DNA of 64,000 bases, taken from assembly GCA_964512685.1 (NCBI GenBank), contig CAZEJW010000004.1:3398-67397 (forward strand), given 5' to 3'. The first letter of the stretch is position 1. Each line of letters opens with the position of its first letter. Source of the stretch: an uncultured Leptospirales bacterium. Lineage in GTDB: Bacteria > Spirochaetota > UBA4802 > UBA5550. Shown piece by piece: positions 19,127 through 27,309 of this stretch. The translations under genes were made by a program, and so were the position numbers. The notes beneath the pieces are model-generated. The model worked only from the letters and a program-made list of their open reading frames with translations, made no database searches and was not told the origin of the DNA.

Positions 19127-20218
19127 ATGAGGTATTTTTTTTTAACGGTCAGTTTTATGCTATCTGTAACTATTGGTGCTTTTGCTGCTGGTGATGCCGG
19201 AAAATGTCAGGGAAAGTATCCGGTCGTGCTTGCGCATGGAATGGGTGGCTGTGAGGATATGCTAGAATTCTTTGATTACTGGTATGGTGTTGAAGAAGCT
19301 CTCAGAGAAGAGGGCGCAGAGGTCTGTACTGTAAGAATTAACTGTATGGACAGCACTGAAGCAAAGGCCAAGCAGTTGAGGGATCAGGTGATGTTTTATC
19401 TCGCAACACTTGAAGGGAGAACTGATGTAGACAACACAAAAATACACTACATCGGGCACTCTCATGGTACAATTTATGGTCGTTATGCAATATCTCTTCT
19501 TAGCGCGATTCAAAGATCAGCTGAACAGGTTGCATATGATCAGGAAAACCCTTCAGAAACACTCAAAAATCAATTAATCGATTATGATGCGGATTATATC
19601 GGTGAGAAAGGCAATGCTTATGATTTTACTTACATAGGGCATCACCATGAAAATGCCATTAAACCGTTTTCAGATTACATTGCTACTTATACCAGTGTTT
19701 CCGGAGTACATAAGGGAAGTTCCGGCCCTGACCTGGTATTAGAGATGTGTCAGCTCGCAGACAAAGTGATTCCCGGACCGGAAGGTAAGGGTGAAATTAT
19801 GTTTGGAGATTTCATAAACTTTATCTATGGAATCATTGGTGATACTCCAGGTGCCAACAGCGCACAGAATTGTTATGATTTATCCACAGACTACATGCAA
19901 AATGTATTTAACAAAGCTGTAATCAATGTTGACGGAATTTATTATCAAAGTTATGTGTCATGGATAAAGAGAATGGCTCCTCAGCATCTTGGATTTGCTT
20001 TTCTTTGGCCGGCAATATACAATCGTGAAGGTGATAATGATGGTTGTGTTTCTGTTGATTCAGCTTCATGGGGAGAAGTTCACAAAGTGAATGGGGCATT
20101 TTGGGCCGCAGGTGTCGACCACCTGAATATTATTGGCCACTGGTATGGTTTCACTCCAGGGTATGATGCACCTTCAACATTTGTTGATATGGTAGCAGAC
20201 TTGAGAAACCACGAATAA
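19127..20218 (+). CDS. secreted triacylglycerol lipase, bacterial family I (Pseudomonas/Burkholderia type)
   Basis: Start chosen at ATG 19127 (GGAGG SD at 19117-19121, followed by a signal peptide). 'YPVVLAHGMGG', nucleophile elbow 'GHSHGT', 'GDNDGCVS' (Asp) and 'GVDHLNIIG' (His). Confidence 0.85.
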   Translation: MRYFFLTVSFMLSVTIGAFAAGDAGKCQGKYPVVLAHGMGGCEDMLEFFDYWYGVEEALREEGAEVCTVRINCMDSTEAKAKQLRDQVMFYLATLEGRTDVDNTKIHYIGHSHGTIYGRYAISLLSAIQRSAEQVAYDQENPSETLKNQLIDYDADYIGEKGNAYDFTYIGHHHENAIKPFSDYIATYTSVSGVHKGSSGPDLVLEMCQLADKVIPGPEGKGEIMFGDFINFIYGIIGDTPGANSAQNCYDLSTDYMQNVFNKAVINVDGIYYQSYVSWIKRMAPQHLGFAFLWPAIYNREGDNDGCVSVDSASWGEVHKVNGAFWAAGVDHLNIIGHWYGFTPGYDAPSTFVDMVADLRNHE

Positions 20219-20224
20219 AAAAAA

Positions 20225-20255
20225 GTATAAGGCAGTCTGAAAGACTGCCTTATAC
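20225..20255 (+). terminator. 13-bp hairpin between the lipase and foldase genes (gtataaggcagtc-tgaaa-gactgccttatac)
   Basis: Perfect inverted repeat 6 nt after the lipase stop, with only a weak T-tract ('gttta'). It could be an attenuator or an mRNA-stabilising hairpin rather than a full terminator. Confidence 0.5.
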
Positions 20256-20294
20256 GTTTAATAATTATACTTCAAAAAAATCTCGGAGTTATAA

Positions 20295-21290
20295 ATGTCA
20301 AAAAGAAGTGTTGCAGCAATATTTGGAATATCAATATTATCAGCAATAACACTTTATGTTCTTTTTGGAAATAACCGGCATCATGATCAGACTCAATATA
20401 TTTCAGATACAACCGGCAAAGTTAAATTGAAGGATATTAAAAATCATTTTACAAAAATTGATTTTAACAAAGAGAATTCAAAAGAGATTTTCTCAGAAGG
20501 TGTAGTTAATAAATATACTATTAAATTTTTTAAGTCACTTCAGATTAAATTCAGGAGTTTGGATTATGACTCTCATCTCAATTCCATTCATGATTATCTT
20601 TTTTCAAGAATGCCACACGATGAGGCAGAACAGCTTTATAAGCTATATGTTAAATATATCGGTTATGAGAAGGAGATGGCAGCCAGAATGCAGTCATGGG
20701 GAATGCCAAAATCACCTGAACATATGCTCGAAATGCTTTCACGAATACAAAAGTCTCAGTCTGATTATTTTGGGGAGGAAACAGCTGATATCCTTTTTGG
20801 TACAGAAATCAAGGCAAGAGAATATCCGATTAGGAGAAAAATAATAGTCTCTGATAAAGATCTCTACGGAAGGGAAAAAGAGGAAAAATTAAAAAAACTC
20901 AATCAGGATATGTGGGGATCTGAGAGTGAATCAGTAGGATCTCATAAAACAGATTATGACAATTACAGAGAAAAGCTTGATATTTATTCTAAAGACCTTC
21001 TGGAATTAACAGAAGATGAAAGAAAGAAGAAAATATATTCCTACAGGAAGAATTTTTTTAGTCCAGAGGCTGTTAAAAAAATGGAGGAAGTGGATAATTA
21101 TATTAAAGAAGAAGAGCTGTCTGAAAAAAAATACAGGATGCATGAACAACAAATTTTATCTGATCTGAACCTTGATGAAGATGAAAAAAAACAGGCAGTT
21201 GAAGAGCTTCAGTCCAAATTTTTTGGTAAAGATGGGGCCGAGAGGTGGAGGAAGAGGGAAATCCTTAGGAAAGCTCTTCAAAATAAATAA
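20295..21290 (+). CDS. probable lipase-specific foldase (Lif-type chaperone)
   Basis: 331 aa. N-terminal membrane anchor, then a long helical, charged body, immediately downstream of a family-I lipase as in lipA-lif operons. The assignment rests mostly on context. Confidence 0.55.
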   Translation: MSKRSVAAIFGISILSAITLYVLFGNNRHHDQTQYISDTTGKVKLKDIKNHFTKIDFNKENSKEIFSEGVVNKYTIKFFKSLQIKFRSLDYDSHLNSIHDYLFSRMPHDEAEQLYKLYVKYIGYEKEMAARMQSWGMPKSPEHMLEMLSRIQKSQSDYFGEETADILFGTEIKAREYPIRRKIIVSDKDLYGREKEEKLKKLNQDMWGSESESVGSHKTDYDNYREKLDIYSKDLLELTEDERKKKIYSYRKNFFSPEAVKKMEEVDNYIKEEELSEKKYRMHEQQILSDLNLDEDEKKQAVEELQSKFFGKDGAERWRKREILRKALQNK

Positions 21291-21291
21291 A

Positions 21292-22824
21292 TTATTCCTT
21301 TACTGCAATAATTATAAGCTGTAAGAGAATAATTAAAATAAATACCAGTATAATATAATTCCCGTATTTTGTGTAAAAACTTTTTTCAGACAGAAGTAAA
21401 AAAGTTCCTTCAATTATTTCGCGACTGAAAAGATTGGATTTTTTTACCACAGTACCATCTGCCGATATTATTCCGCTGATCCCGGTATTCGATCCTCTTA
21501 GCAGGTAACGTCGGTTTTCGATTGCCCTGAATATGGCAGCTTTAAAATGGATTTCAGGTTCAGATGTATCCCCGAACCATGAATCGTTTGCAATATTGAT
21601 CAGGAATGTTGAGTCATTCACTACTGATTTTCTAATATAATCAGGGTATAATATCTCAAGGCATATTGAAACGCCAGTTGTGCCAAAATCGGTTTTGATT
21701 ATTTGAAAAGTTTTTCCTTGATTGAATGAAGTTGGAGCAGTATAAAATTTTCCAAGTCCGAAGCCTGAGATCGATGATTCTGCAAGAGGGAGGAGAATTT
21801 GTTTGTCATAATGTTGTATTGTTTTATCCTTTGAAAAAAAGAATGCTGAATTAAATACTTCCTGACATTGTCTTCGCGTCCCTCCGCTAAGTAATGAATC
21901 ATTTTTTGCAAGTACTGTATAAATAGATCTGTAAAGATTTTTTCGGATTATTGTGTTTGAATTTAATACGGTTTCCGGCCAGATATTTATTGTCGGTTGT
22001 CTCGAGTCCTTGTTCGTTAGTTTTAAATATGTATAAAATCTTGTTCTGAATCCATTGCTGAGCCATCTGTATTTTGGATCAAAATTACCCTGGATTATCC
22101 TGCAGTGATTTCTTTTTGAAAGAGGACTTTCTACCTGTTTTTGGATTTCCTTAATTTTGCTTGTTCCATAAAACAGCGGTGTTGTAATCAATAACAACAG
22201 TATAAAAGTTGATAATCCCAGCAGGGCTGTTTTATTGCAATTTTCTGAGGTTTTGTTAGTCAATATTTTCAGAAAAAATACTGAGGTTGAACTAATTGAT
22301 GCAATAATAAAATCTAGTCCATATATGCCTGTTATATCTATTATCTGTATGAAATTTTTTAGTTCGGATAATGAATATGATGCGAGACCCCATGGAATAT
22401 ATATGGGTAATATTTCTTTTAAATAGTTGAATATTACCCAAAGGGCAGGAAGGGTAAGAGAAACAAAAAGAATGCTGTTCTTATAGAAAAAACGGACTGT
22501 TGCACTGAATGCTGCAAACAGTATTCCCCAGGGTAAAATCACAGCAAAAAACTGAATGATCAAAGCTATCGCAATTGTTTGTTCGTACTGGTATATAAGA
22601 GTTTTGATTAGCCACCAGCTCAGAAATCCCGAGGTTATTGCACCCCATGTAAAACCTGTTAGAAGAGATTCCCTGTACGAATTATTTTTTTGCAGTAAAA
22701 ATAATAAGAACAAAGATAGAAAAGTGAAAGGCCACAAATGATTACTGTGAAAAGGAAGACAGTATGAAACAGATGATAACAGGATTAAATAAAATTTATT
22801 CATTCTGTCATTTATCCGGAACAC
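21292..22824 (-). CDS. lnt: apolipoprotein N-acyltransferase
   Basis: 510 aa. About 7 N-terminal TM segments plus a C-terminal CN-hydrolase domain ('VSICLEILYPDY', 'NIANDSWFGDT'). Confidence 0.85.
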   Translation of the reverse strand: MFRINDRMNKFYLILLSSVSYCLPFHSNHLWPFTFLSLFLLFLLQKNNSYRESLLTGFTWGAITSGFLSWWLIKTLIYQYEQTIAIALIIQFFAVILPWGILFAAFSATVRFFYKNSILFVSLTLPALWVIFNYLKEILPIYIPWGLASYSLSELKNFIQIIDITGIYGLDFIIASISSTSVFFLKILTNKTSENCNKTALLGLSTFILLLLITTPLFYGTSKIKEIQKQVESPLSKRNHCRIIQGNFDPKYRWLSNGFRTRFYTYLKLTNKDSRQPTINIWPETVLNSNTIIRKNLYRSIYTVLAKNDSLLSGGTRRQCQEVFNSAFFFSKDKTIQHYDKQILLPLAESSISGFGLGKFYTAPTSFNQGKTFQIIKTDFGTTGVSICLEILYPDYIRKSVVNDSTFLINIANDSWFGDTSEPEIHFKAAIFRAIENRRYLLRGSNTGISGIISADGTVVKKSNLFSREIIEGTFLLLSEKSFYTKYGNYIILVFILIILLQLIIIAVKE

Positions 22825-22882
22825 TGATCATGTTAAAAGAAAATTATTTTTTAATAGAGTTTTTTTTGCTAATTAAGATTTC

Positions 22883-24145
22883 TTACTTTGGTCTGAGCAT
22901 CTCAATGTATGCCTCAATCCGAGTTCTCATCTGCTCGATATCCTCAGGATTATATTCTGTCTCGAGTCTGAGAACCGGAATGTTGTATTTCTTGAGAAGA
23001 TTATTTACACGTGGCAGCTCATAGTCATAAACAATGCAACCTTTAAGAACATGATATAACACACCATCAATTCTATAGTCCTCTATAATAGTTTTCAACC
23101 TGTGAAGTCTGTCTTCGTTGGGAGAAAACGTAGGGCAGACGCAGGGCATCATATATCTTGCAGCAAGGGCAGAAATGATTTCATTGTCGGATTTTTCGCT
23201 CATCCCCACCGGATCATATAGCAAACGATCTCCGGTGCATGATTCATCTATAACTGTTATCCCGCCCATCTCCTCTATAAGATTGTAAACCTTCCAGTTC
23301 GGGAAAATGGATGGCGAACCTGCAAGCAAAATTCTGGGAGACTCTGTATCAAAAATTGTTACATTCTTATCGAGTCTTTCTTCAAGTTCATCGTTTAGTT
23401 TAGACATTGCTTTTGTCCATTCCTGGGGAGCGCAGAACGAATAAGAGTTAACTGCAAGTGCCGCTTCGCGTCCGGAAATAAGGGGCTTGCTTGATTTTCT
23501 TATTTCAAGAAGTCTTGCTGCTTCTTTTTGTGCTTCTGCAATCATCCTGATCGATGATAAAACTTTTTTTTTGGTGATTTTTTGACCTGTAAGTTCCTCG
23601 AGTTTTTTTCTGAGTACTTTTATCTGTTCAACCCAGATTCTTCTTGTAAAGTCAGTTTCTTTGACATGGGGAACTTCGAGGGTCCATACATTTTTATATT
23701 TTGAAATTTCTTCTCCAAGTTTTCTTATCGAATCACATGTTGTTGGAACAATTACAGTTTCACATTCTTCATAAGGTATAAGTATCTCTCCGGCAGTTAA
23801 TCCAAGTGATGATTTTGCAACCAGACATGAATCTCTCGGTATCATTTCTTCGCCGATAGTTGAACTCTCATAGCATCCGGCAGAAAGTTTTACCGGTACT
23901 GCTCCTGCTGCATAGATTAATTCCTCGGGAACCATCATGCAGTATATACCAATCTTTTTTCTTTCGCATATTTCTGCCGGTAATTTGTTTTTGACAAAAA
24001 CAGATCTCATTAAATCTATAAAGTAGTTAAGTGATTTAGGTATATTTTCAGTTTCTTCAATAGAGCTTAGCTCTCGTTCGGCAGATAGTGCGATACGTTT
24101 TCTCAATTGTTCTCTTTGCTTAACTAAACGGTTGTCTGTATTCAT
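22883..24145 (-). CDS. 2-hydroxyacyl-CoA dehydratase / BcrC-HgdB family Fe-S protein (possibly a double-cubane-cluster protein)
   Basis: 420 aa. 'VIVPTTCDSIRKLGE', 'PCVCPTF', 'IDGVLYHVLKGCIVYDYE' and many conserved-looking Cys residues. The size fits stand-alone DCCP-type proteins. Confidence 0.7.
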   Translation of the reverse strand: MNTDNRLVKQREQLRKRIALSAERELSSIEETENIPKSLNYFIDLMRSVFVKNKLPAEICERKKIGIYCMMVPEELIYAAGAVPVKLSAGCYESSTIGEEMIPRDSCLVAKSSLGLTAGEILIPYEECETVIVPTTCDSIRKLGEEISKYKNVWTLEVPHVKETDFTRRIWVEQIKVLRKKLEELTGQKITKKKVLSSIRMIAEAQKEAARLLEIRKSSKPLISGREAALAVNSYSFCAPQEWTKAMSKLNDELEERLDKNVTIFDTESPRILLAGSPSIFPNWKVYNLIEEMGGITVIDESCTGDRLLYDPVGMSEKSDNEIISALAARYMMPCVCPTFSPNEDRLHRLKTIIEDYRIDGVLYHVLKGCIVYDYELPRVNNLLKKYNIPVLRLETEYNPEDIEQMRTRIEAYIEMLRPK

Positions 24146-24151
24146 TTTTTT

Positions 24152-25075
24152 TTACCCTTTGAATTCTTTCTGCTCTTTACTGAATCTGTTTCTTTTCGAT
24201 TTATATATTGTTTTACCCAGATATGTTGCATAGAGGGCATCGTCTTCTGGACAGAACTCTATACAACGCAGGCAGTAAATACAGTCAGGGAAAAGAACGT
24301 CACTGTTATTTCTCTCTTCAAATACTTCCTGTATTTCCATAGGACAAACATTGTAGCAAATGCCACATCTTGTGCACCTGTCTGGATTTTTTTTCAATTT
24401 TGCAAAACCGATTTTGTCATAAAACGAAATAAGTAGTGACATTGGACAATAGCAGCAAAAAAATCTTCTTTTAAAAAAAGAGCCAACAATTGTCAGGGAT
24501 GTTATAAGTGCTCCAAGGACAGACATGACAAGTGCAGTAGTTGTACTGAAGTCAACACCTACTCTTTCAGGTGTCCCTCCTATTATAGGCATTATGTAAC
24601 GGGCCGGGCAAAGAGAACAAAAAGGTGTTCGCATATCTCTTGCTATTTCGGGTGCAAAAAAAGGATAAGCAACCCAGAAAGGAATTGCAATTATAAGAAA
24701 AATCCATTTAAGAGAACTCAATCCTCTTCTCAGTCCGGATGGAAATCTGATATAATTAATGCCAATCTTTTTTCTCATCCAGTCCATGCAGTCGTGAAGG
24801 AATCCCAGAGGGCAGAACCATCCGCACCATACAGGACCAAGCATTATAACCAGCAATGAAAAGAGGAAAAAAGTCAAAGCAAACTCTGTCCAGAGTTCGC
24901 GCTGAATTGTATCCTGTAAAGTGTAAAGATAACATATTCCTCCGATTTTTTGTCCAGTGAAGTTACATGAAAACGTAGGAAGAAAATTACCAAGGTAGAG
25001 ACCGTATAATCCTCCAAAAGTCAGTAAGAAAAATGAAACAGTCATTATAATCCATCTAAGTCTTGCCAGTGTCAT
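24152..25075 (-). CDS. membrane-bound polyferredoxin, NapH/MauN-like
   Basis: Start taken at ATG 25075, 1 nt after the upstream stop. TM segments with 'CGWFCPLGF' and 'CSLCPARY', plus two 4Fe-4S motifs 'CTRCGICYNVCP' and 'CIYCLRCIEFCP'. Confidence 0.75.
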   Translation of the reverse strand: MTLARLRWIIMTVSFFLLTFGGLYGLYLGNFLPTFSCNFTGQKIGGICYLYTLQDTIQRELWTEFALTFFLFSLLVIMLGPVWCGWFCPLGFLHDCMDWMRKKIGINYIRFPSGLRRGLSSLKWIFLIIAIPFWVAYPFFAPEIARDMRTPFCSLCPARYIMPIIGGTPERVGVDFSTTTALVMSVLGALITSLTIVGSFFKRRFFCCYCPMSLLISFYDKIGFAKLKKNPDRCTRCGICYNVCPMEIQEVFEERNNSDVLFPDCIYCLRCIEFCPEDDALYATYLGKTIYKSKRNRFSKEQKEFKG

Positions 25076-25076
25076 G

Positions 25077-25460
25077 TTATTTCCATATGTTATTTTTTGT
25101 AAAAATAGATGTGCTGATTTTATCTCTTCGATATTTAATGAAGAATCTAATAAGAGCAATCAAAATGATTATTCCGGTGATGTTTATTCCCCATGAAAGG
25201 AGAATCCCTTCGTATGATCTGTATTCCGGCCAGGGTGGATCCACTATCATCTGAAGCGTTGCGACATGAATTGTTTTATTGTCAGGATGTTCTGCGATAT
25301 ATAAATATTTTTCGAATGAGTATTCTTTATTTCTTCCTTCAAGTGGTACTGATGTAAATTTGCCATTCTTATCAGTTTCCAATTGTTTTTGCCATTTATT
25401 TTCAGTTAGGATCGTTATTTTACATCCAGGCAAAGGTTTTCCTTTATAAGTCACCATCAT
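25077..25460 (-). CDS. beta-sandwich (DUF4198 / carboxypeptidase-regulatory-like) protein with a C-terminal TM anchor; the coding frame stays open upstream to 25631
   Basis: 127 aa from ATG 25460. 'GKPLPGCKITILTE...ETDKNGKFTS' and a C-terminal TM followed by 'KYRRDK'. The 57 codons upstream are stop-free and in frame with the TGA of the preceding gene. Confidence 0.45.
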   Translation of the reverse strand: MMVTYKGKPLPGCKITILTENKWQKQLETDKNGKFTSVPLEGRNKEYSFEKYLYIAEHPDNKTIHVATLQMIVDPPWPEYRSYEGILLSWGINITGIIILIALIRFFIKYRRDKISTSIFTKNNIWK

Positions 25461-25631
25461 ATCATATTCCCTGTGTGAAATCTGGATAGAACCAATGTAG
25501 CGTGATGCTGATGCAGGGGTTATTTCCAGGCCGATGTTTGGCAGAACAAAGGAAGGATTTTCGATTCGTTCAGGATTACCGTTTTTGTAATGTGCAAATA
25601 TAATTTTAGGATAAAATATTTTTGAGCCTGT

Positions 25632-26447
25632 TCATGATCTTCTTTTTCCCGGTATGTAATAAAGGACCATAAGAAAAATTACAATCCCAAGTCCAATTAT
25701 TATGAAAAAGAAACCAGGATCATATGTTTCAAAGATAAAGACCTGTGGATTAATATCATTGCTTTTTTTTACTTCGGATCGATTGCAGACTGTTGTAGTT
25801 TGATTTTCTTTTTTCGTTTTATTTCTTTTTTCAATCTCGACATGTAGAAATCTGCCTGCAACAAACAGAGGATTCATATAACTGAGTTTGTATTGATTTG
25901 ATTTTTCTGAAAGTTGCAAACTACATTGTCTTACGTGTCCCTTCATTGATGAATGTTCTGGATATATCTCAAAGACTATATCTTCAACTTTAAATAGATG
26001 AGATTCTATTTCTATAATTTTTCCTTTTTCAATCGGTATTCTTTTATGTTCTGCTATAGTGAATGTGAAGAAATGTCCTGTCAGTATTATAATAAAAAGT
26101 AAATGGACTGCTGAAGGAATTACAAGTTTAAAAAATGTACCCTGGAAATTTTTCCTTTTTTTAATAAGGAACTTTAATCGGTTAATTGTACATACTATTG
26201 TATTAACAGTCAGCAGCGAAAGTACTATGTAAAGCATAATGACCCACCAGGTCATTGATGGTGAGCTGATATTATCCGATAACCATTTTTGAAATGGGAC
26301 AACATCCATCTTTTCATAGTATTTATAAAACCTGTATGAATACAATGATCCTGTAATAAAAAGTGCTGTCGCGGAAATCAATAGCCAATAAGTCAGTTTT
26401 ACACTACCAAGGAAATCATGTATCCTTTTCATATTATACCTCTGCAA
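25632..26447 (-). CDS. short ResB/Ccs1-like membrane protein
   Basis: 271 aa. N-terminus 'FLGSVKLTYWLLISATALF', 4 predicted TM segments, His-containing TM 'SAVHLLFIIILTGHFF', and a ~120-aa external loop. It is shorter than canonical ResB. Confidence 0.5.
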   Translation of the reverse strand: MQRYNMKRIHDFLGSVKLTYWLLISATALFITGSLYSYRFYKYYEKMDVVPFQKWLSDNISSPSMTWWVIMLYIVLSLLTVNTIVCTINRLKFLIKKRKNFQGTFFKLVIPSAVHLLFIIILTGHFFTFTIAEHKRIPIEKGKIIEIESHLFKVEDIVFEIYPEHSSMKGHVRQCSLQLSEKSNQYKLSYMNPLFVAGRFLHVEIEKRNKTKKENQTTTVCNRSEVKKSNDINPQVFIFETYDPGFFFIIIGLGIVIFLMVLYYIPGKRRS

Positions 26448-27180
26448 TAAGTTTCAGTAAATTTCCTGCTGGTGCAGCAAAGCCAAAAAACAAAAGAATC
26501 AAACCTCCAATTGCTGCATAACCTGCTCTTGACCTCAGGTTCCACGATTGCATGTAAACAAGATGAATGTAGCATGCATAAAAGCACCATATCGCAGCTG
26601 ACTGCATATGAACATATACCCATTGAAATGTCATAGCCCATCCTAAAAAACACCAGACAGCTCCGGTTACCTGCCCCGCAGTGTGCATTATAAAGCCCGT
26701 TATGAGGAGTGTGTGAAAATTTACGGATTCCTCTCTGTTGAAAAAGTATAAGAGTCCATACCATGCTCCCAGGTAAAAGCATGCATGGCCGAATACTATA
26801 GTTATGTGGAAAAGGGTTGACCATATTGAAATTTTGTTTGGTCCGAGTACTCCTGGTGCTGAAGATTCAAGAAGTGCGATTGCATAAAAAAAACAGGGAA
26901 GAATAACTGCTGATTCGGCATTCGATTCTTTCTGTCTGGTTACTATATAGATAATAATAATTGATATAAAGAATGGCAGGAGGTGAACAGCTGTCAGGAA
27001 GTGAGGAAACATGAATTCACCGCTTGAAAAGCCTCTTAATAATAAATAAAAAAAATTTAATACAGCTGCAAGAATCAGAAATAATTTTGTTCCTCTGCTT
27101 CGGTTGAGGATGTGCAAACAAAGCGATAAAAGGTATGTAATTGCGGTTGAATAGAGCAGCGCGGTGTTGGACGAGATCAT
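26434..27180 (-). CDS. CcsA/HemX-type 'cytochrome c assembly' family membrane protein with a degenerate WWD motif
   Basis: 248 aa, about 8 TM segments. Trp-rich 'GAVWCFLGWAMTFQWVYVHMQSAAIW' and flanking His residues. 14-nt overlap with the ResB-like gene. Confidence 0.55.
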   Translation of the reverse strand: MISSNTALLYSTAITYLLSLCLHILNRSRGTKLFLILAAVLNFFYLLLRGFSSGEFMFPHFLTAVHLLPFFISIIIIYIVTRQKESNAESAVILPCFFYAIALLESSAPGVLGPNKISIWSTLFHITIVFGHACFYLGAWYGLLYFFNREESVNFHTLLITGFIMHTAGQVTGAVWCFLGWAMTFQWVYVHMQSAAIWCFYACYIHLVYMQSWNLRSRAGYAAIGGLILLFFGFAAPAGNLLKLIAEV

Positions 27181-27262
27181 TATATTACCTCATATGTATA
27201 TTTTATAAAAGGATTACGTTGTATGAAATAATTTATAAATATATCCAGTCAATATAAATTAA

Positions 27263-27309
27263 TATTTTGTAGTATTTTGTAGTAATGATTTGTTCTGAAA
27301 ATTTTGTAG
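27263..27309 (+). repeat. three copies of 'ATTTTGTAG' (two in exact 10-bp tandem 'tattttgtag' x2, a third 27 nt downstream)
   Basis: Read directly: 27263-27272, 27273-27282 and 27300-27309, just upstream of a 32-codon sORF. Confidence 0.8.

Noticed and set aside
25632-25634. Genome-wide reassignment of TGA (code 4 or 25) as the explanation for the two seamless in-frame TGAs (25632 and 51396)
   Set aside because: Many well-supported genes end at TGA exactly where their families normally end. Examples are PFOR at 14605, flgG, flgA and the flgJ-like gene, the SDR, csp, ggt, and the ATP-grasp fusion with ATGA/TTGA coupling overlaps. TGA therefore behaves as a normal stop, and standard code 11 fits the whole window.
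25575-25634. Selenocysteine insertion at the TGA between the ResB-like and beta-sandwich ORFs
   Set aside because: The only self-complementary element just downstream is the all-A/U 'aaaatatttt', with no GC-supported SECIS-like stem-loop. The local context ('KRRS-U-TGSK') has no redox-type Cys/Sec motif, and no sel genes are in the window. This is not excluded, but it is unsupported.
26429-26824. 131-aa minus-strand ORF overlapping the CcsA-like gene in another frame
   Set aside because: It is fully nested in the longer, TM-rich 248-aa ORF that carries the family motifs, so it is an alternative-frame artefact.
27263-27309. CRISPR array or other long tandem array in the non-coding island
   Set aside because: There are only two adjacent 10-bp units plus one dispersed copy. 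There is no repeat-spacer periodicity and no cas genes anywhere in the window.
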